Origin: Octopus bimaculoides
Lineage: Eukaryota
NCBI RefSeq assembly: GCF_001194135.2
Contig: NC_069008.1
Location: forward strand, 4,106,849 to 4,160,149
Length of the DNA: 53,301 nt
Reading direction: 5' to 3'
Shown piece after piece: positions 49,481 through 53,301 of the stretch. Position numbers and translations under genes: made by a program. Every line of letters begins with the position of its first letter. The stretch's first letter is position 1. Under the pieces are notes generated by a model. The model searched no databases. It was not told the DNA's origin and worked only from the letters and a program-made list of their open reading frames with translations.

Positions 49481-50188
49481 CACATGTATATACACACATA
49501 CATATGTATATATATATGTATATTATTATTTTTTTTTGTCTACGTTTTGTTTGCAATGTCCTGTGCCCAGATATGCACCNNNNNNNNNNNNNNNNNNNNN
49601 NNNNNNNNNNNNNNNNNNNNNNNNNNNNNNNNNNNNNNNNNNNNNNNNNNNNNNNNNNNNNNNNNNNNNNNNNNNNNNNACCTTGTTGCACATTTCATGT
49701 GCTTACTCCGGTATATATATATATATTTAAAATTTATTAATGAGGGTAGAAATTGATTATACATGCACACACACACACACACTCACATATATACAGAAAG
49801 CTGCACCAGTCTCCAACCTGATTTGGCAAAGTTTCTACAGCTGGATGCCCTTCCTAGCGCCAACCACTCCGAGAGTGTAGTGGGTGCTTTTATGTGCCAT
49901 CAGCATGAGGACCAGTCATGCGATACTGGCATTGACCTTGCTCAAATGGTGCTTTTTACGTGCTACCTACACAGGAGCTATATATATATATATATGATGG
50001 TCTTCTTTCAGTTCCCATCAACAAAATCCACTCACAAGGCTTTGGTTAGCCTGAGGCTATAGTTGAAGACACTTGGTCAAGGTGCCACGCAGTGGGAGTG
50101 AACCTGGAACCATGTGGTTGGGAAGCAAGCTTCTTACCACGCAGCCACACTTGTGCCTACATATACATATATATATATGATGGGCTTC

Positions 50189-50232
<44 letters not shown>

Positions 50233-50731
50233 TGGGCTTCTTTCAGTTTCTGTCTACCATATCCACTCACAAGGCTTTGGTTGGTCCAAGGCTACAGTAG
50301 AAGACACTTGCCCAAGGTGCTACAGAGTGGGACTGAACCTGGAACCATGTGGTTGGGAAGCAAGCTTCTTACCACACAGCCACACTTGTGCCTACGTCGT
50401 CGTCGTTGTCGTTTAACGTCCGCTTTCCATGCTAGCATGGGTTGGACGATTTGACTGAGGACTGGTGAAACCAAATGGCTACACCAGGCTCCAATCTGAT
50501 TTGGCAGAGTTTCTACAGCTGGATGCCCTTCCTAATGCCAACCACTCCGAGNNNNNNNNNNNNNNNNNNNNNNNNNNNNNNNNNNNNNNNNNNNNNNNNN
50601 NNNNNNNNNNNNNNNNNNNNNNNNNNNNNNNNNNNNNNNNNNNNNNNNNNNNNNNNNNNNNNNNNNNNNNNNNNNNNNNNNNNNNNNNNNNNNNNNNNNN
50701 NNNNNNNNNNNNNNNNNNNNTGATGGTCTTC

Positions 50732-50768
<37 letters not shown>

Positions 50769-50912
50769 GACATTGTTAATTCCACCCACCATCGCTGCTG
50801 CTGCTGACACTTACGGCAACGACCTTTGCCCCCACCCTCTCGTTTATAGATTAGATAGCATTATCTAAGTAGATCTGAGTGATCTGACAGCTAATTCTGT
50901 CTTTTGTCGAAG

Positions 50913-50982
50913 GCTGAGAACTACTACAACGACTACCCACAAAGGCTGACTCAGAGACACAGACCAACAACAGGCAGTACTG
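50913..50982 (+). CDS. Candidate 70-nt exon (AENYYNDYPQRLTQRHRPTTGST) upstream of LysM exon B
   Basis: Branch-like ctaat, acceptor cttttgtcgaag and donor CTG|gtgaga. Only one frame is open (phase 0 to 1). It could also be a UTR exon. Confidence 0.35.
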
Positions 50983-51469
50983 GTGAGAGAACACAAACCA
51001 CTGACCAATCTCCCCGCCACCCTGCCCCAGTAGACCTCTGTCCACTTGGTCACCTGGTGGGTGCCACTCCTCCCACCTTCTACTTCCTTCGCCCCAGCAA
51101 TCATACATTAGCTGTCATGCTGGTTATGTTATCTTTCTACACAAACAAACGCCTCGTTCTTTAACTGCGAAGCCACGCTAATTGTTAGGAGAATGCTCCA
51201 CACATATTCATTCATACATACATACATACATACGCTCGCCGTGACCTTCATGAAAATCCTTATTTGAACCCCAAATCCAACCAACTGCGTATATAAACCT
51301 TATTATACACGCTGTTAGATTTTAACTGGAGATTCCTTGATCACTAACATCGAAGCTGTTACGTAAGGAAACACAAGTATACGCACAACACATGCACACA
51401 GACAAACATATACAAGCCCGATATTATGTTAATGTACTGGAAATTTTAATCTGTGTAAAAACTGCATAG

Positions 51470-52130
51470 ACCCTCGAAAATCCACCAGAAAATTTTGCCA
51501 GATCTACAAAAGTTCACTGAATTCAAGAAATTTAATGTAATCTACAAAATTTAGCAAGTTTCAATGAAAATGTCTCTAATCCCAGAAATTTAGTTAAATT
51601 CACAATATTTGACCAAATTCACAATATGTGAATCAAATTCACAAATATCTGACAAAAATCTATATAAAATTTAATTAGACTCAGAAAATTGTTAACCAAA
51701 TCCACAAAGATCTTTTGCTAGTTCTTCAAAAATTTGTGAAATCGATTAAAATTTAATCTAATCCACAGAAATTTTGTCAAATTCAAAATCCATAAAATCT
51801 TAAATTCACAATTTACTAAATCGACAAAATTTTAGTCAAATTCCCAGAAATTTCGCCTAATCCTCAAATTTCAGTAAGTTTGCCAAAATTTAACCAAATT
51901 CACAAAATTTAACTAAATCCACCGAAATTTTACCTAATCCACCAAAAATATTATCAAATCTGCAAAAATTTCAATCAAATCCTCAAAAATTTTGCCAAAT
52001 CCACAAAATTCTCAAAAACCTAAATTGACCAAAATTCCTCAAAATTTAAAAAAACAAAGCTGATTTACTCAAAATCTACCAAATTCATCATAAAATCTTA
52101 TTAAATTCTACCAAATTGAGAGAAAAGAAA
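51470..52130. repeat. Degenerate ~10/21-bp-period A-tract repeat (aaatccacaaaattt)
   Basis: Dozens of aaatc/aaattc and aaaattt units spaced about one helical turn apart, judged by eye. Confidence 0.75.
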
Positions 52131-52264
52131 AAACTTGCCTGAATCATCAGGATTCAACCAAATCTTCCAAAGTCTTGCCAACCATATAAACCCACATATA
52201 TACACAAATACATACACCTGAACATACAGGCTAAACATACGTGTACCTCAGAGCAGCCATATTG

Positions 52265-52360
52265 ATGTCGGAGATGAAGGATTTTGGCAGGCATTACTTT
52301 CGCCACCGCCTTCGTGCCCAAGAATCTCTGGTCAGCATTGCATTGAAGTATCAAGTATCG
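52265..52360 (+). CDS. LYSMD2: LysM exon B: second copy of the N-terminal half of the LysM domain
   Basis: MSEMKDFGRHYFRHRLRAQESLVSIALKYQVS|gtgagt. Homologous to exon A with the same phase-0 junction; in-frame TAA upstream at 52232. Missed by the ORF track. Confidence 0.8.
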
Positions 52361-52449
52361 GTGAGTACCAAAGAGTCATGCTGCCAAGAATTATGAATCA
52401 GGGAGCTTAACCAGCTTTACATGCATAGCACCCATAACGCTTCCATGTT

Positions 52450-53005
52450 TTTCTTTCTTCCTTCCTTCCTTCTTCCCTTCCTGCCTTTCTTTCTTAATTT
52501 CTTTCTTTCTTTCTTCCTTTCATTCTTTCTTTCTTCCTTCCACCCCTCCCTGCCTTTATTTCTTCATTTCTTTCTTTCTTCCTTCCTTCCTTCCTTCTTC
52601 CCTTCCTGCTTTTCTTTCTTCATTTCTTTCTTTCATTCTTCCTTCCACCCTTCCTGCCTTTCTTTCTCTCTCTCTCTCTTTCCCTCTCTCCCTTCCTTCC
52701 TTCCCTTATTTCTTTCTTCCTTTCATTCTTTCTTTCTCCTTTCCTTCCTTCCTTCCTTTCTTTCTTTTCTTTCTTCTTCTCATTATTTCTCCCTTCCTTC
52801 CTTCATTTCTTTCTTTTTTCCTTCTTCCCTTGCCTTTCTTTCTTTCTTCCTTCCTTCCTTTATTTCTTCCTTTCATTCTTTCTTTCTCCTTTCCTTCCTT
52901 CATTTCTTTCTTTTTTCCTTCCTTTCTTCCTTCTCTTCCTACCATTCTTTCTCTCTCTCTCTCTCTCTCTCTCTAACTTCCTTCCTTCCTTCCTTCCTTC
53001 CTCTT
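52450..53005. repeat. (TTCC/TTTC/TC)n polypyrimidine tract
   Basis: About 550 bp, nearly pure pyrimidine on the + strand. Confidence 0.95.
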
Positions 53006-53265
53006 AGAGCAATTTGCCTTTTACTAATTCTTTTGCTGGGTTTTTTTCTTCTTACCTGTGTCTAACAGTCTTTGATGACTTCTAATTAGAATTTACCTCA
53101 ATGTTGTTCATTTTTTCCTGTTGGTATAAATTGCATCATTGGCACTCAACCATTCTTTGCCTATGGACCCCTTTGATCCCTATTTTCCTCGAGTGGACCC
53201 TCATAGCCATTCGATATGTGTAAAAAGTCTTATTATATATATATATATATATTTTCTAACAAAAC

Positions 53266-53301
53266 TGTCCGATGAACGGGAACGTGAAACTCAGAGTAAC
53301 A
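53266..53301 (+). ncRNA. Minimal type I hammerhead-like motif truncated by the window end
   Basis: UGU-CCGAUGA-ACG(GGAA)CGU-GAA-ACU(CAG)AGU-A-ACA. All three stems pair and the cleavage triplet is GUA; the core has U4>C. Confidence 0.5.

Noticed and set aside
1-53301. Most ORF-track entries (YIYI, HTHT, LSIY, FLPS, poly-X)
   Set aside because: They are translations of microsatellites, SINEs or N gaps with no splice or homology support.

Overview
AT-rich, microsatellite- and SINE-dense eukaryotic scaffold with many N gaps. The repeat content suggests a cephalopod (octopus-type) genome, which is an inference. Three intron-containing genes can be read directly. (1) GA-binding protein beta (GABPB) on +, 11 coding exons 12035..21602, 591 aa, with ankyrin repeats, a coiled coil and an extra acidic C-terminal tail. 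(2) TFIIA gamma (GTF2A2) on -, 3 coding exons 31627..29579, 106 aa. (3) A LYSMD1/2-type LysM gene on + starting at 40077 and running off the right edge. The most striking feature is that the N-terminal half of the LysM domain is encoded twice, 12 kb apart (40077..40247 and 52265..52360). Both copies end at the same phase-0 donor with the identical junction AGTATCG|GTGAGT, and no second-half exon is visible between them. This suggests variable 5' exons spliced to a shared constant exon. Also notable are an intact Merlin-type MITE with telomere-like repeats, two minimal hammerhead-ribozyme-like motifs, possible ancient GABPB-LYSMD-GTF2A2 linkage, and candidate exons of an unidentified divergent gene at the left edge. 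No prokaryotic features, CRISPR arrays, rRNA or true tRNA genes were found.
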